Shown: positions 26,495 through 42,009 of the stretch, piece by piece | Layout: every line of letters starts with the position of its first letter | Numbering within the stretch: position 1 is the first letter of the stretch | Source: the human T2T-CHM13v2.0 reference genome, Homo sapiens | Length of the DNA stretch: 64,000 nucleotides | Direction: 5' to 3' (one strand) | NCBI RefSeq assembly: GCF_009914755.1 | Contig: NC_060932.1 | Translations under genes and position numbers: made by a program | The notes under the pieces: generated by a model | What the model saw: the letters and a program-made list of their open reading frames with translations, nothing else | Databases searched by the model: none | What the model was told of the DNA's origin: nothing

Positions 26495-26899
26495 CTAAGT
26501 TTACAAAATGTTTGGTTTAGAGGTGTGTGCTATGTGTGGGCATACGTATGTGCACTGATCAATAGGAAAAAGCTTTGCATGAGAGAGCATGAGATAAAGC
26601 AGAAAGCATATACACTCTATCAAAAGCAAGACAGAAATTGAGGGAAATCATAGAAATATAAACTTTTATAAATTAGCACAGTTATGTTTTGTGTATGAGT
26701 ACAGGGTTTAAGGTATTACCATATTGTGAAATTGGAGGTTTGAGGCAATTCCAAATTTAATAAACTAAGAAAATTCCATATTCCATTTAGACTAAACCTA
26801 AGCAGCAAGTACATATTTCATAAAAACTTACGGAAAAATATTTTCAAAACTCTTATAGCATTTACAACAATAAGCTCATTTTCTAAAAAAAAATCTATT

Positions 26900-26990
26900 G
26901 GTTCATTTATTTATTCAACACATATTTATTGGGCATCTATTATGTGCCAGCATTGCTTTAGGTGCTGGGGATAGATCTAAGGATGCAGAC
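26900..26990 (-). mobile_element. L2 3' end
   Basis: ttcatttatttattcaacacatatttattgggcatctattatgtgccag. Confidence 0.75.
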
Positions 26991-27169
26991 AATAAAATTG
27001 AAAGCAGTTTGAAAGTTATAGATGCTTATATTTTGCCTGAGGGGAAGTTCAGATACCACATGTTATTGGTTGCCCTGTTCTGTACCTCAGGAATATTGGA
27101 TACAGAAAATTTAACACTGCTGCACATTTGATACTAAATCCCAACACCATTTTTTTTTTTTAACATAAG

Positions 27170-28330
27170 CTGAATGTCCTCCAATTCAATTCAATTCCGA
27201 CACCACTTACCTGGTGTTAGAGCAGACACTAAAAGTTAAGATCAGTCTTTCACAAGACTGTCTTTGCTTTAGATGCCAGCCACAGTAGGGTTCCTACGAG
27301 TCTTAATCTGTTGGGACTGCCATAAAACATGACTTAGACTGAATAGTGGAAACAGAAATGTATTTTTTTTTTCACAGTTCTAGAGGCTGGGAAGTCTAAG
27401 ATCAAAGTGCTGGACTATTCAGTTTCTGGTGAGGGCTCTCTTCCTAGCTTGCAAATGCTCACGTGCTCATGTATAAAAAAGAGAGAAGCTCTCTGGTGTC
27501 TCTTCTTACAAGGACACTAATCCCGTCATAATGGCCCATAATCATTATTTCATCTGAACCTAATTACCTACCAAAGGCCCCATCTTCAAGCACTATCAAC
27601 TTGGAGTCACGGCTTACAAATGAATTTTAGGGGAACACAATTTAGTCCAAAGCACCAGGTTACCCACCCTCCTGTTTGACTTTGCTAAAATTTCAGGAGC
27701 TCCCATGAAGCAGCCTTTGGTTTCATAATTGGCTAGACAGACTTAGAAAACTCACTGAAAGAGCTATACTTAGAATTACAATTTTATCATAAAGATTTAA
27801 CTCAGGAATAGCCTAACAAAAGAAATGCATTTGACAAGCTCTGGGGTGGAGGGTATATGCAGTGTTTCTATGCCCTCTCTTCATGAAATCCACATGTGTC
27901 ACTCTCCCTGCACATCAATGTTTCACCAAGCTGGAAGCTCCACTGAGCCTTGATGTTCATAGTTTTTATATGGGGTTTAATTATGTACACATGATTGGTT
28001 AAATCATTGGTCATTAGTGATCGAAGTCAATCTCCAGCCCCTTCCCCTTCCCTGAAGGTTGGAAAGTGTGGCTGAAACTTCCAACTCTCTAATTACATGT
28101 GTTTGTTGTTGTTGTTGTTCTTGTTGTTGTTGTTTTTGTGACTACCTTCATTTGGAAGATATATAGGGACCTACCACGTATCACCTCAGTAGCATAAACT
28201 CAGGTATGGTTAAAAAGGGCTAATTATGATTTACAAAAGACACTTCTATCACTCAGGAAATTTCAAATATATTTGAAGCTCTGTGTCAGGGATCAGGAAC
28301 AAAGATGAAATATGTAGTTTTTCTCATACT
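27170..28330 (-). mobile_element. MER21 (MER21C-like) LTR with nested MLT1A
   Basis: caattcaattccgacacc...acaagactg...; resumes after 27653 and ends ...atcactcaggaaatttcaa...gtcagggatcaggaacaaag. Confidence 0.75.
27299..27653 (-). mobile_element. MLT1A-type LTR nested in MER21
   Basis: tcacagttctagaggctgggaagtctaagatcaa...ggaacacaatttagtccaaagca. Confidence 0.85.
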
Positions 28331-29249
28331 GTGGGTGGAGATACAATTAAACTCCACCCAGGCCATAGCCCAATCCAAGCCAGTTGGAGGTGAGCTGATC
28401 TAAGATGGGATCAGTTGGGCAGCTCTGATTCTGGGGAGACAGACGTGCAAGAAGAATCCAATCAGGCCTTCATGCCTTTACTATGGAGGCTGCTTCAGCC
28501 CCCGGCTCCCACATGATGTACATAAGAGGAAATCTTCTCAACTCGTTCACTTTGCCCTCAATCTTTCTTGTAAGCACTTTTTCAGGTACATGGAGAAGAG
28601 CCTGCAAATGAATGTAATTTTTTCCTTGTTGCTGAGGCTGGTCCTCCCTTGGTCTCTTCAGGTAACTATTTTTCCTTAGATTTGTTCTGCAATCTCAGCT
28701 CTTACGATTCTAACAAAAGGTGTGTTTTCACAGGTGATCAATCTGTAGCTAATCTTTCAACTTGTAGTTTATGGAACTTTTTTGCACTTTTTTTTATTAG
28801 CTTCCCAACAATGATCTTGTAAGACTGGCAGAGTAGGGCTTATTAGTTGCCTTCATTAATGCAAAGATACTGCTCTTTCCAGGATAGTATCTGTTTCTCA
28901 GACATCCTAAGTGGATTAGATATAGTGCTCTCACCCATGTCAGGTTCCTTATGGCCCAGCGTTCATTAGTAAAAAACAAATTGAGCCACTTGCAGGGTTA
29001 AAAAAAAGAGAAACAAGAAAGCACTTACAAGATGATTCTTTGCCCTCCAGAGAAGGTATCTTACTTTTCTCTACTCCGCAATATTAGTGACCATCACATT
29101 TTAATTAGGATATGTTTTACTTTAACCAAGTACTAAGACAGAAATCTTCAGACTTCAAATATATAAAAGAAATACCTGAGAAACTATTAAAAACGCAAAT
29201 TCTAGGCAACATCTCCACATTTTCTGATTCAGAGGTGGAAGGGTGAAGA

Positions 29250-29605
29250 GCAAGGTTGTCAAGAAATGTTTCTGTGAGGAACTGATATTTGAGATGAGTC
29301 CTGAAAGGTAACTATGACTCTTGACTACTTTAAGAGACTGAATGAGAAAGAAAAGTCCTGTAGAGAACAAACCTGTTCCATGGCCCTATGGTGAGATAAA
29401 GAAGTGATGTTTAAGAAACAGACAAGCTCATTTTGATTAGAAAGCAGTGAGCAGAGAGTAAAGAGTTGTACCACAGAGATTAATAACATAATTGGGGTGG
29501 TATTAGACATGATGAACTTTAACTAAAAGCCAAAAATATCATTAAAATATTTAGGCAGAGAAGTAGTATGATCATAGATTCATATGGAAAAGGTGACTCT
29601 TCTAT
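29250..29605 (-). mobile_element. L2 fragment (appears to continue at ~33060-33120 after the L1 insertion)
   Basis: Purine-rich gaggaactgatatttgagatgagtcctgaa...atgatcatagattcatatggaaaaggtgactct. Confidence 0.6.
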
Positions 29606-30067
29606 ACTGCAAAATTATGTATATTACAACTACTTCATGTTGATAATTTGATAATTTAAATAAAATGGATACCTTTTGCAAAAATGTATTACCATAGCTG
29701 AAAAAAAGAAGGAAATCTAAATAGTTCTATGTCTATTAAAGAAACTGAAATTTTAAGTATTACTTAAAATATTTCTTTTTTTTCATTTAAATTACCTTTT
29801 ACTGTAATTTTAAAAAAACCATAAGGACTAAAACAATTAGTAGACAAATCTTATTCTCTTTTGTCTACTTAAAATATTTCTTACAAAGAAAACCCCAGGC
29901 CAAAGTGGCTTTACTGGTGAATTCTCCCAAACATTTAACAAAGTATTAATGGCAATATTATACAAAATCTTCCAGAAAAAACAGAAAAAAAAAATCAACT
30001 TCTAATTATTTTATATGAGACCAGCATAACAATAAATCAATAAACAAATATTTATCTTAACAAAAGT

Positions 30068-30381
<314 letters not shown>

Positions 30382-32052
30382 TTACAGACCAGTCTCTCTC
30401 ATTAAATCCTTAACAAATTAGCCAACTAAATCTAGTAATATCAAAAGGACAATACATCAGGACCAAGTGGGGTTGATTCTAAGTATGAAAGGGCCATTAA
30501 AGATTAGAAAATCAAATAATGTAATTATTCAAGTTTATACAATGAAGGGAAAAACTAAATAGCTAGATTAATATAGACGACTTATTTGACAACATTCACC
30601 ATGCACTTGTGATAAAATTTCAACAAACTTGAAATATAAATGAACTTTCTTAATTTAACAAAACTATCCATGAAAAATCTTCAGTGAACAAGATAATCAA
30701 TTATAAAGCATTTAAAAATTTCAAATGAAATAAGAAATATGACAAAATGCTCACTATCGCCACTTCTATTTTGTGTTATACTAGAAATTTCAGTCAGGAC
30801 AATAAGGCAAAAAAAAATTAAATCATGGGCATTAGAATTGAAAAGGAAGAAATAAGATAGTACCTACGCATGGATGAAATGACAGAGTACATGAAACATC
30901 CCAAAGAACTGCAGACACAATATTAGAAAAGATAAATTTAACATGATAATAGAGTATAAGTCAATATACCAAAAATCAATGGAATTTCTATATGTTAGTA
31001 ATAAGCAAAGAGAAAAGAAACTATAAAATGAAATCATTCATAACATTAAAAAATTAAGAACTTATGAATAAATCTAACAAATAATGTAAAAGACATTTTT
31101 GCTTAACACTGGAAACATTATTGAGAAAAATCAAAGTAGACTTAAATAAATGAAGGAATATATCATGTTCATGTAGTGTAAGATTCACTATTACTTCTCT
31201 AAATAATACTTGATAGATTCAATGCAATCCCCATCAAAACTCCAGCCTTTTTCTCCTAAGGAAACTGATGAACTGATTTTAAAAGTTATATAGAAACGCA
31301 AAGAGCCAAAAATGGTCCCAGCAATAATGAACAAGGATTAATAGCTCAAAAACTTACAGTACCAGTTATCGAGAATAAGACCTATTACAAAGCATAATAA
31401 TTAAGACAGTATTATAGGTTGAGTTAGAGAAAGCTAAGCTGACTAACAGAAAATAAACATACCCACACATTCATGGTGATCTAATTTATGATTAAGCTAA
31501 CATTTCAATGAAGAGAGGGAAAAGCTGTCTTTTCAGTAAATGTTGTTGAATAATTTCATATCCATGTGGAAAACAAATTTATCTTGGCCCCTACCTCATA
31601 CATAAAAACCAATTCTAGAAAATTTATACATCTAGATATAAGAGGCAAAATGACAAAATGCTCAGAGGAAATAATATTTTCATTTTGGAGTAGGCAAGCA
31701 TTCTTTTAAAGGACACACAAAATATTTACCATGAAAAGGGAAAAATAATGGTGCACTGGAATAGAGTAACATTAAGAAATTCTCTTCCTGAAAAGTCACC
31801 ATTAAGAGAGTGTAACAAGTGGCATGGGAGCAGATATTTGCAAACATAATGTCTGACAAAGAACTCATACAACGAACTCCAAATCAGCAAGGAAATACAG
31901 TGGACCCAACAGAAAAACTTCGCAAAAGAACATATCAAAATATTCAGTAAACCTAAAAATGTTCTTAACTTCATTAGTTATCAGGGAAATGAAATTGAAA
32001 CCACAATGAGATGCAACTACACATGCTCAAGAATGGTTAAAAGGAAAAAAAG

Positions 32053-32357
32053 GGCTGGGCGGGGTGGCTCACGCCTGTAATCCCAGCACTTTGGGTGGCT
32101 GAGGTAGGCAGATCACGAGGTCAGGAGTTAGAGAATAGCCTGACCAACATGGTGAAACCCTATGTCTACTAAAAACACAAAAATTAGCCAGGCTTGGTGG
32201 CACCTGCCTGTAATCCCAGCTACTCAGGAGGCTGAGGCAGAAGAATTGCTTGAAGCCAGGAGGCTGAGGCTGCAATCAATGAGCCAAGATCGCACTACTG
32301 CACTCCAGCGTGGGCAACAGAGTGAGACACTGTCTCAAAAAAAAAAAAAAAAAAAAA
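32053..32357 (+). mobile_element. AluS (Sg-like)
   Basis: Full dimer, gatcacgaggtcaggag, long pure A tail. Confidence 0.95.
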
Positions 32358-33204
32358 GACTGACAATATCAAGTGCTGACAGACATTTGAAACAGCTGCC
32401 ACTTTCATTTACAATTGTAAATGAAACTAATTTCATGCTGTTGTTAATGTAAATTGGTGTTAAATTTTAGTAAACTGAAAATACATAATAAAACTGAATA
32501 AATGCACTTTTCAGTAAAATTGAATGTACTGTACTTTTTGATACATACGCAATAGCATAGCATATATATGCTCACCAAAAGATATCAACAGAAATGTTGA
32601 TGGCAATGCTACTACATGATATGCTTAAATTGTAGAGTAACCAAGTACCTACTATATAAATGGACATTTATAGGTGGCTAAGTATCTATTAGTGTATCTA
32701 CACAATAAAAGCATATAATAGTACATACCAAACATGTATTCACATAATAAAATACTATTATACAATAGACACTACAACATGGATTACATTTTATAATCAT
32801 AATTCCCACCAAAAAAGCCAGTCAATAAAGAATACATTCTCTATCAATCCATTTACATAAAGCACAGAAATAGACAAAACTAAACATGCTACAAGCCGGC
32901 AATGTTTTGTTTCTTGACTGCTAATGGCTATATGACTATTTCCAGTTTGGGGAAATTTACGAAGTGGTACACTTATGATATTTTGACTTTTGTGCATATA
33001 TTTTATGCCTTAATAAAAAGTTAAAGAAAACATAAACTTCACTAGCTGTTTATGAAACGTTTATTTGAGAGGAGCAAGACAATTGGGGAGATTTAGGAGG
33101 CTGTAGCCTAGGCTAGGAAGTTGGAAGAAATTATAGAAAGTTTTCTAATTGTCATAGCAGGGAGCATGAAAATTAGTTAACTAAAGAAATATATTAAGAA
33201 GCTT

Positions 33205-33516
33205 TGTGTGTGTGTGTCTTGTTTTTGTTTTTGTTTTTCTGAAACAGAGTCTGTTGCCCAGGCTGGAGCGCAGGGGTGCTATCATGACTTGCTGCAGCCT
33301 CCACCTTCTAGGCAGAAGTGATCTTCCCACGTCAGCCTCCCCATTAGCTGGGAGTTCGAGTGCACGCCACCACGCCCAGCTAATTTTTTTATTTTTTGTA
33401 GAGACAGGGTTTCACTTTGTTGCCCAGGTTGGTCTCAAACGCCTGAGCTCAAGCAATCTACCTACCTCGGCCTCCCAAAGTGCTGGGATTGCAGGTGTAA
33501 GCCACCATGCCCAGCC
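33205..33516 (-). mobile_element. AluJ
   Basis: ctgagctcaagcaatc, ttgtagagacaggg; (GT)n/(GTTTTT)n tail. Confidence 0.92.
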
Positions 33517-35116
33517 AGTAAGCAGTTTTAAGATTTAGTAAGTGTGCATTTATGGTTATATCCATTCATTTTGTACCATCTTCTCCAGTAGTATTTAGCT
33601 ATCTAGACACTAGCAACAAAAATGGGTACAATTGGTGGTGTAAACAAAGGACTGTCAAGCAGGTTTAGAGTTTTGGCAAGAAAGTACTCATGTTTATAAA
33701 TAGAGATTTGATTTCCTGGTAGTGTTGTTATAGCTTCACCAGTAGCTGTGTTTTACTGTTCACTTTCTCCACGTAGGTTTTTCACCAGATGCATGGGTGA
33801 TTGGTGATTATTTTTTTCCTTATATTTCAAATGTCCCAAACCTTAAATTTATCCTAGACTCTGCTATTTTTCTCATTTTCCACTTTTACTTCATTATCTT
33901 GAATTTCTCCCTATTTGTTCATCTTGGAGAAAAAACTATGACTGCACAATAACTAACTGTATTTGAAAGCCCAGGATTTTAACACAAGACAGTATTACCT
34001 CTTCTTCAAAAATTGAGTTTATGACTCGTATTTTCTGAGCTCAACCTGTGTCATGGTTATGTTTTAGATTATTTTTTGAAAAAAGAGTATATAGCTCTTG
34101 AGTATTTCAGTGAAAGATTTTTACACTAGATTTCTTCTTTGGGCTTTTAAACTAATGAAATGGAGATAATTTAAGCTATAATACTCATGAAAACATTTCA
34201 TTCAGAAACCACATGACAGAGAGAAAATATACTTCTCATATACAAAATAATCTGGATGGCATATTTGAGATGGCATAAATTACCATATCGCTTGTCCATG
34301 TGTAAAAGGCATTCTTATGAAGTTCAGTTATGTTGAAAATGCCCATTAAATCAAATATCTTTTATAATGCACCTACTATGCTCAAAGCATATATTTAGAA
34401 AAATTCAATACTTAATCAAATATGGTCTCAATTTTCAAGAAGCCTACATATTTAAATTATTTATAAAATGGATATGCAATAAAGCCTTAGGTTTTTTTTT
34501 TTTTTTGCAAAAATATGTTCTGCCACCATTTTGGGATAGACGTAGTGAGGTTCATTGTAAACTGTGAAATATGCATTTATTAGGAAGGGTGGGAGAGACA
34601 AAATGACTACTTTAGACAAGATGGTGAACTAATAGCTGCTTATTCCCACCCCCAAATATGACCCTGCAGATATCCTACAAACAACAGAATGTTTATTTAT
34701 CCCAGAAGCTAATACTTAAACTACAAGAAACTGCTGATTTGCTAGATGATGACTGGGGCCTAACATAAGCTCAGGAAATGAAAATCCTGGTAGAAAGAAT
34801 GAGTACCAAAGACAGCCCCTTGGCAGCTCTTCAGAATGTGCCCTGGTTGGATCATTGATTGTGCCAGATCCATTTACGGGCCAAAAAGCAGTAACAGCAG
34901 TTCAGTGCTGACTGGACTCACTGGGGTAACATCAAGGATGTACTACTAAGGAGTAAATTGTAACTGTTCTACTTAATGTTGATAGGTTAGCCTCTATGAA
35001 TTCCATTATCATTTACCACATCTGGATGAATATACCCAGGGTAGTTCTTTGAAAAGAGCACCTAGAGTTGAGATATTAACAGATTCCCTGAAACACAAAA
35101 TTTGCTAGACAGGAAG

Positions 35117-35566
35117 CATCTTCGTCTGTTTTGTGTTGCTATAAAAGAATACCTCAGACTGTGTAATATACAAAGAGGAAAAGTTTATGTGGCTTATGGC
35201 TGCACAAGGAGCATGGTGCCAGTATCTGCTTCTGGTGAGGGCCTCAAGCTACTTCCACTCAAGGAAGAAGCTGAGGAGGAGCCAGCAGTGCAGAGATACA
35301 TGGCAAGAGAGGGAGCAAGACAGAGCAAGAAAGAGGGAGCAAGACACAGCAAGAAAGGAGATGCCAGGCTCTTTTTAACAACTACCTCTTTTGGGAACTA
35401 CTAGAGAGAGAGAGCTTACTCACTCCTAAGGTGGCCATTAATCTAATTAATATATTCATGAGATCCACTCCCATAACCTAAACACCTTCCACTAGGCCCC
35501 ACCTCCAACAATGGGGATCAAATTTCAACATGAGATTTGAAAGGGACAAACATCCAAACGATAGCA
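35117..35566 (-). mobile_element. MST (MSTC/D-like) solo LTR with an internal ~24-bp tandem duplication
   Basis: catcttcgtc...catccaaacgatagca; TSD ggaag/ggagg; agagggagcaagacaSagcaagaa occurs twice. Confidence 0.88.
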
Positions 35567-35999
35567 GGAGGGAAGGTGTGACTGGAAGGTTTTAGAACTG
35601 TATTAAATATAAAAAACACTCCACCCTAAAGCTAATTTTATCAGAGTCTCTAAATAGTCAGAAAAGGGAGAAGCTAACACGTGGGTTAGCTCATCCCTAA
35701 TCCACCAAAAGCATATTATCAGATTCCCCCAAGGGAGAATTAAGGAGAAAAGTCATAAGGAACAAAAAAGAGAAGTTACCTACAGATAAAAGTGACATTT
35801 CATAAAAAGAAAAATTGATCATAGACACTTGTGCCAGAATAATATAGTCTTATAAAATGCAACACCTGACAGAATTCCGTAAGGAAATAAATAAATCAAA
35901 ATACATTTGGAGATTTTAACTTACAGTTTTCAGAAATTGTTGGATCATATAGGAAGAAAAAGTAAAGTTATAGAATATTTGAAAAAGTTGATTAGTAGC

Positions 36000-36815
36000 C
36001 TCAAAAAGATATACACATATAGACTTTTGTACGGAAAATGGATTAGACATAATTTTCAAACCACGTAAAACATAAGTAAAAATTGGCCATACTTTGGTCC
36101 ACAAAGTCACCCTCAATAAATGTCAAAGAATCAATACAAACAAGACATCCAAAAGGCCCTGATGACTCAAAATCCAGAAACCATAAAAGAAAATATTTGC
36201 TAAATTTTAGAAATCTCTGCACAGCAGAAACACAAACATACGCAAAGTCAAAAGAGAAACAGCAAAGTGTGAAAATATTCACACTTCCGAAGTACAAAAT
36301 GAAACACATTCTATGAGTGAAGATTAGTAATGGCTATAAACTAGAAACCTGACAGATGCATTAATGCTTTGACAAGGCAATTCCACCTTCCTATGACCAC
36401 ATGTATGCAAACAGCATGTCCAGGTTAATTTTTGTAGCACTGTTTGTAATAGAAGACTGGAAGCAGCCGAGACTCCACTCCTAGGAGACTGGTAGAAAAA
36501 TGATAGTACATATCTCACCATGGAATATTATGCAGTTGAAAAACGTTTTGGAGACTGTCTATATACTTATATATATATATGTGTTGTTGAGTGAAGATTT
36601 ATAGGGAAGAAAAGTTTACAATATAAGTTTTCATGGAAGAATGTGGGGGAAATAAGAATATGTGTATGTATATTTTTATTGGCTTGTATTTGAATAGACA
36701 TTGGAAGAGTAAACAAACAAAAATAATTATCTATGAAGGAACAGAGGAAGACAATGTAAGTTACAGAAATCAGATTTTTTATGCATAATTTAAAACACAT
36801 TTTGTACTTTGTAGA
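36000..36815 (+). mobile_element. L1ME 3' region
   Basis: gcaattccacc...gtagcactgtttgtaatag...atggaatattatgcag. Confidence 0.7.
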
Positions 36816-36822
36816 TGCTGAT

Positions 36823-37158
<336 letters not shown>

Positions 37159-37784
37159 GCTAATAAATATTTGTTAAAAAGAAAAGAATGTCCAGGGGGT
37201 TCCAAGAGAGCCACCTGGGATCCAGTGTGAATGGATTCTGTGATGCACTGCTCTCCACAGCAGTGGGATTAGCATATGAAGGCTCTGAGTCCCAGTGTCT
37301 GGAATGGCTCTTTTTAAGCATCAATGTGGCCATCCTGATATTGTAGGTATAAAAAGATGCTGAGACTTGAATTAGGGTTGAGGACAAAGATAGAGGGAAG
37401 ACGTACAGAGCTAGATCAGCTCCAGGGCAGGGCCAACAGCTACTTACTGAGACACTGACAAGGGTTTGGAGCCTATTTAATGTTGTGTGTTCAAAGATTA
37501 GAGGGGAGAGAAATAAGACATTTGTATCAGAATTCTGAGAAATTGAATAGAAATTGTGTCAGGCAATTTCTAACAGACCTATGTGCAAATTAGGAGCAGG
37601 TGAGAAAGTACCAAAGCCACCTTTGCCAGCGCATTAATATGGTTTCATTGAGGACTAAGCCAATCCAGCCTGGCTAGCTGGTTTCCTTAAGTTAAGCAGT
37701 ACCATGAAGAGAAGAGCCTATATGTAAATCATGCCAGCAGGTCCTGCGGGAAAGGGTACATACATCGTTTTCATCCTAATATGG

Positions 37785-38008
37785 TGTATTAGTCGAACTT
37801 TCATTGCTATAAAGGAATACCTGAAACTGGGTAATTGATGAAGAAAGAGATTTATCTGGCTTACAGTTCTATAGAGTGTATGAGAAGCATAGGGCTGGCA
37901 TCTGCTTCTGGTAAGGGCCCCAGGAAAATTTACTCATGGCTGACGCTGAAGGGGAAGCAGGTATATCACAAAGCACGAGAGGGAGCAAGAGAGCAATACC
38001 GTGCTCTT
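37785..38008 (-). mobile_element. MST LTR fragment
   Basis: tgtattagtc...attgctataaaggaatacctga; truncated at the adjacent Alu. Confidence 0.85.
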
Positions 38009-38288
<280 letters not shown>

Positions 38289-38309
38289 CTGTTCTCCATG
38301 CCTTATCAA

Positions 38310-38525
38310 ACCATATGATATGGGTAGGTTTTCAAGTGCTTTCACATCCATTATCTCATGTGAAGCTCAGACTAACCCCGTTAAATAGCCGGAACTCTTA
38401 TTTCTGTTACAATTTCTTGGATGAGAAAACTGATATTTAAGTAGGTAAAATGGCATGTGCATGTTCGCTTAACTAGAAGTAGGTTGTGCAAGGATCAAAT
38501 AGAATTCTCATTCCTGCTCAATGAC
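38310..38525 (-). mobile_element. MIR
   Basis: gtgctttcacatccattatctca...gatgagaaaactga. Confidence 0.65.
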
Positions 38526-38934
38526 TGGGTCATGAATTTATTCATTTATCACTCATTATTGAGTGCCTAATAAGTCAGGAACTAGGCATCCAAGTATTAT
38601 AAGAAGCAATTTCTCCCATGGAACAGCTCACCATACCATGAAGGCCTCTTTCTGCTACTGCTGTATCCAAAAGGAATTCTCTTCTCCATGCCTTCTGCTA
38701 TGCCACTGGCAAGAAGAAACATGCAATAAAGGTATGAAATTCATCTCCAAGGGTTTTCAAGAACTCCACGGGAGGTCAGAAAGCCTATTTATTAAGGCTC
38801 TAATTATCTAGTTTTATGGTTTGACAGGATTCCCCGCCCACAACACTGATGCATTCCTTAGGATACTAGGACCACATCAAAGAGAGACTAGGGAAATTTT
38901 AAAAGGTGGAATTCAAATGCATCAATTTTGTATT

Positions 38935-39050
38935 CATTTTATTATTTTTATAGATTCGGGGGGTACAAGTGCAGTTTTGCTACATGGATATATTACATGG
39001 TGGCGAAGTCTAGGTTTTTAGTGAACCCATTACTCGAACAGTGAACACCA
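38935..39050 (-). mobile_element. L1MA 3' terminal fragment
   Basis: ggggtacaagtgcagttttgctacatggatatatt. Confidence 0.8.
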
Positions 39051-39486
39051 TGTCACTAGCCTTTGAATGAGAATGATGAGGAGGCAGTTGGGAAACTCAC
39101 AAAGTAAGGTACTTGGATTATTCCAAAATATAAATTATTCGTCCTACGCCCTACCCCCACTGCACCATGGATAGGAAAACTAAAGCTTTCTCACAGGCAT
39201 ACTGCAGTTTGCCTTGTTATCTTCTATATTTTTTCTTTTATGTTAAAAACTATTAAAGGCCTTCCCAAATATATTGAATTATTTTCACTTTAAGAATCAT
39301 TATTTCCTTGCTTGTTTGCTTGCTTTGCTTTAAGTTGATGTGGGCAGTGAAGAGTACAGACAAAGGAGAGATCCTGCAAATGATAGAGGTGAAGCCAATT
39401 TGAGGACTGAGGTCTACTGACATATTTTTGCTTTAAAAATGAGGGAAAAATAAAACAAAGAAAATGTAATCAAGATTAAATGAGCA

Positions 39487-39980
<494 letters not shown>

Positions 39981-40295
39981 CTACTTGGGGTGGAGCAAGT
40001 TTGTGGAATAGTATGTTTTTCTAGACCTGTTTGGGAATATCTGTCACAACGAATAGAAAATTGAATTCAGAGATATCCACAGGAGCTGTGTGAAAAATAT
40101 TTCAGGTAGCATTTTTTTTTTTTTTTTTTTTTTTGTCTCTGGCAATTGTCTGGAACCTGCCATCCATACACCACTAACAGTGATTTCAATGACAGTCATA
40201 AGCGATTACTGTTTTCAGAACAATTAGTTCATTATTGCTTTCTTTAAAAGAAGGCAACTGTTTGATAATGTTGAAAATAAAATGTGGTTCTCTAA

Positions 40296-40612
<317 letters not shown>

Positions 40613-42009
40613 TCTAATATTCTTCTAAACAGAAGTTTGTGCTGGCCAGGGAGAAGACTGCGGCAAGGTATTTTAGAAGTAATTCCCTCACATAATTTTG
40701 ATTGTTTGTCAAGCTTCTATCTTTTTTCCAGCTCGCTCAGTTTTTCCTTTTCTCAACTCAATGTACTCAAAGACTAAAGCAATAAAGGAACAATGCAAAG
40801 AAAACAGAAGCATCTCTCCTCTTTCACTTTTTTCCCCTCTCAAGTACAATCTTGGTTGAGCAAAATGTCATTACGTTTTCATGTAGTGGGCAAACATGAC
40901 CGACCCATTACAGTGGGGTGAACTAAGATAACCCATTAACCACAGACAGAAAGTTAAATATAGATGTGCTCATAGTGAATACTCGAGTTCTATGAAGTAT
41001 GTCACCCTGATATGTTAGGCAAATACTTAGAAGGAAGCTTCAGGTTAGAGAGAGATTTGAAGAAACAATAAAATTAAAGCCTATTTAACAAATTAATCCA
41101 GAAGTAACCATATGTATGATAGAAATAGATTTCTTCCATTAATCTGATATAATAAAGTCCTGATCCAAGGAAATTGAAATGAAACGTACTAGAATAAGAG
41201 GGAAATTAAAAACCTATGGTAGCAACGCAAATGGTTTCCATCTCACCAAATGAGTTCTACTTGACTTGATATATTTTTCATTCCTGATCTGGGCCAATAC
41301 AGGTTTGATATATAAAATATTTTGAATAGACTTAACTTAAACATGTACATATGTTAGGATAAAATATCTTTGCTTTTTTTCCCCCCTCTTTTTCCTATCC
41401 TATTATTTCCATCATCATCACTCTACTTTTGCCAGTAAATTATAAAACATAATCTTAGAATAAATGTTATTAGTCCTTGACATGTGGTTAGGGATACATG
41501 TTATTAGGATGTTTCTCAAAAATGTTCATTTCAGGCTGAGAAATTGATGTTGGTGTCTTCACCCCTAAGTGAAGACATCTGCCTTATTTTTAGTTTTGAT
41601 TCTAATAAAAGTAGATCGATGTTGACAAAATATTAACTAATTAGTCCTTTTGACTTCAGGACTCTGAAATATTGTTTCATAGTCACTCTCATATTTATTG
41701 GCTAGGTGCAACCTACCAGGATATTTATTATAGGTATTTACTAACTACTTTTCGATTTCTGTAATTCCCAAATTAGCACATTTTAAATTTTGATTTTTTA
41801 TTTTTGATGAATAGTGACATTTTAATTTTACTCACATGGTTGAAGACTTATTTTCTGTCTGTGTAATTCTCCCCCTTCCCTTCACTCCAACTCTCCATTC
41901 CCTTCCTTTCCTTTTTTCTCCTTCATATCCTCATTTGTCTATCTCTTCTCTTCTTTCTCTCCTTGCCAACCCCTGCATCCTCCTATCTTTTTGGTTGTTT
42001 CTTTCTACA

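Noticed and set aside
32640-32692. 8-bp hairpin tataaatg-ga-catttata between imperfect direct repeats in L1
   Set aside because: Short and AT-rich; not distinguishable from chance
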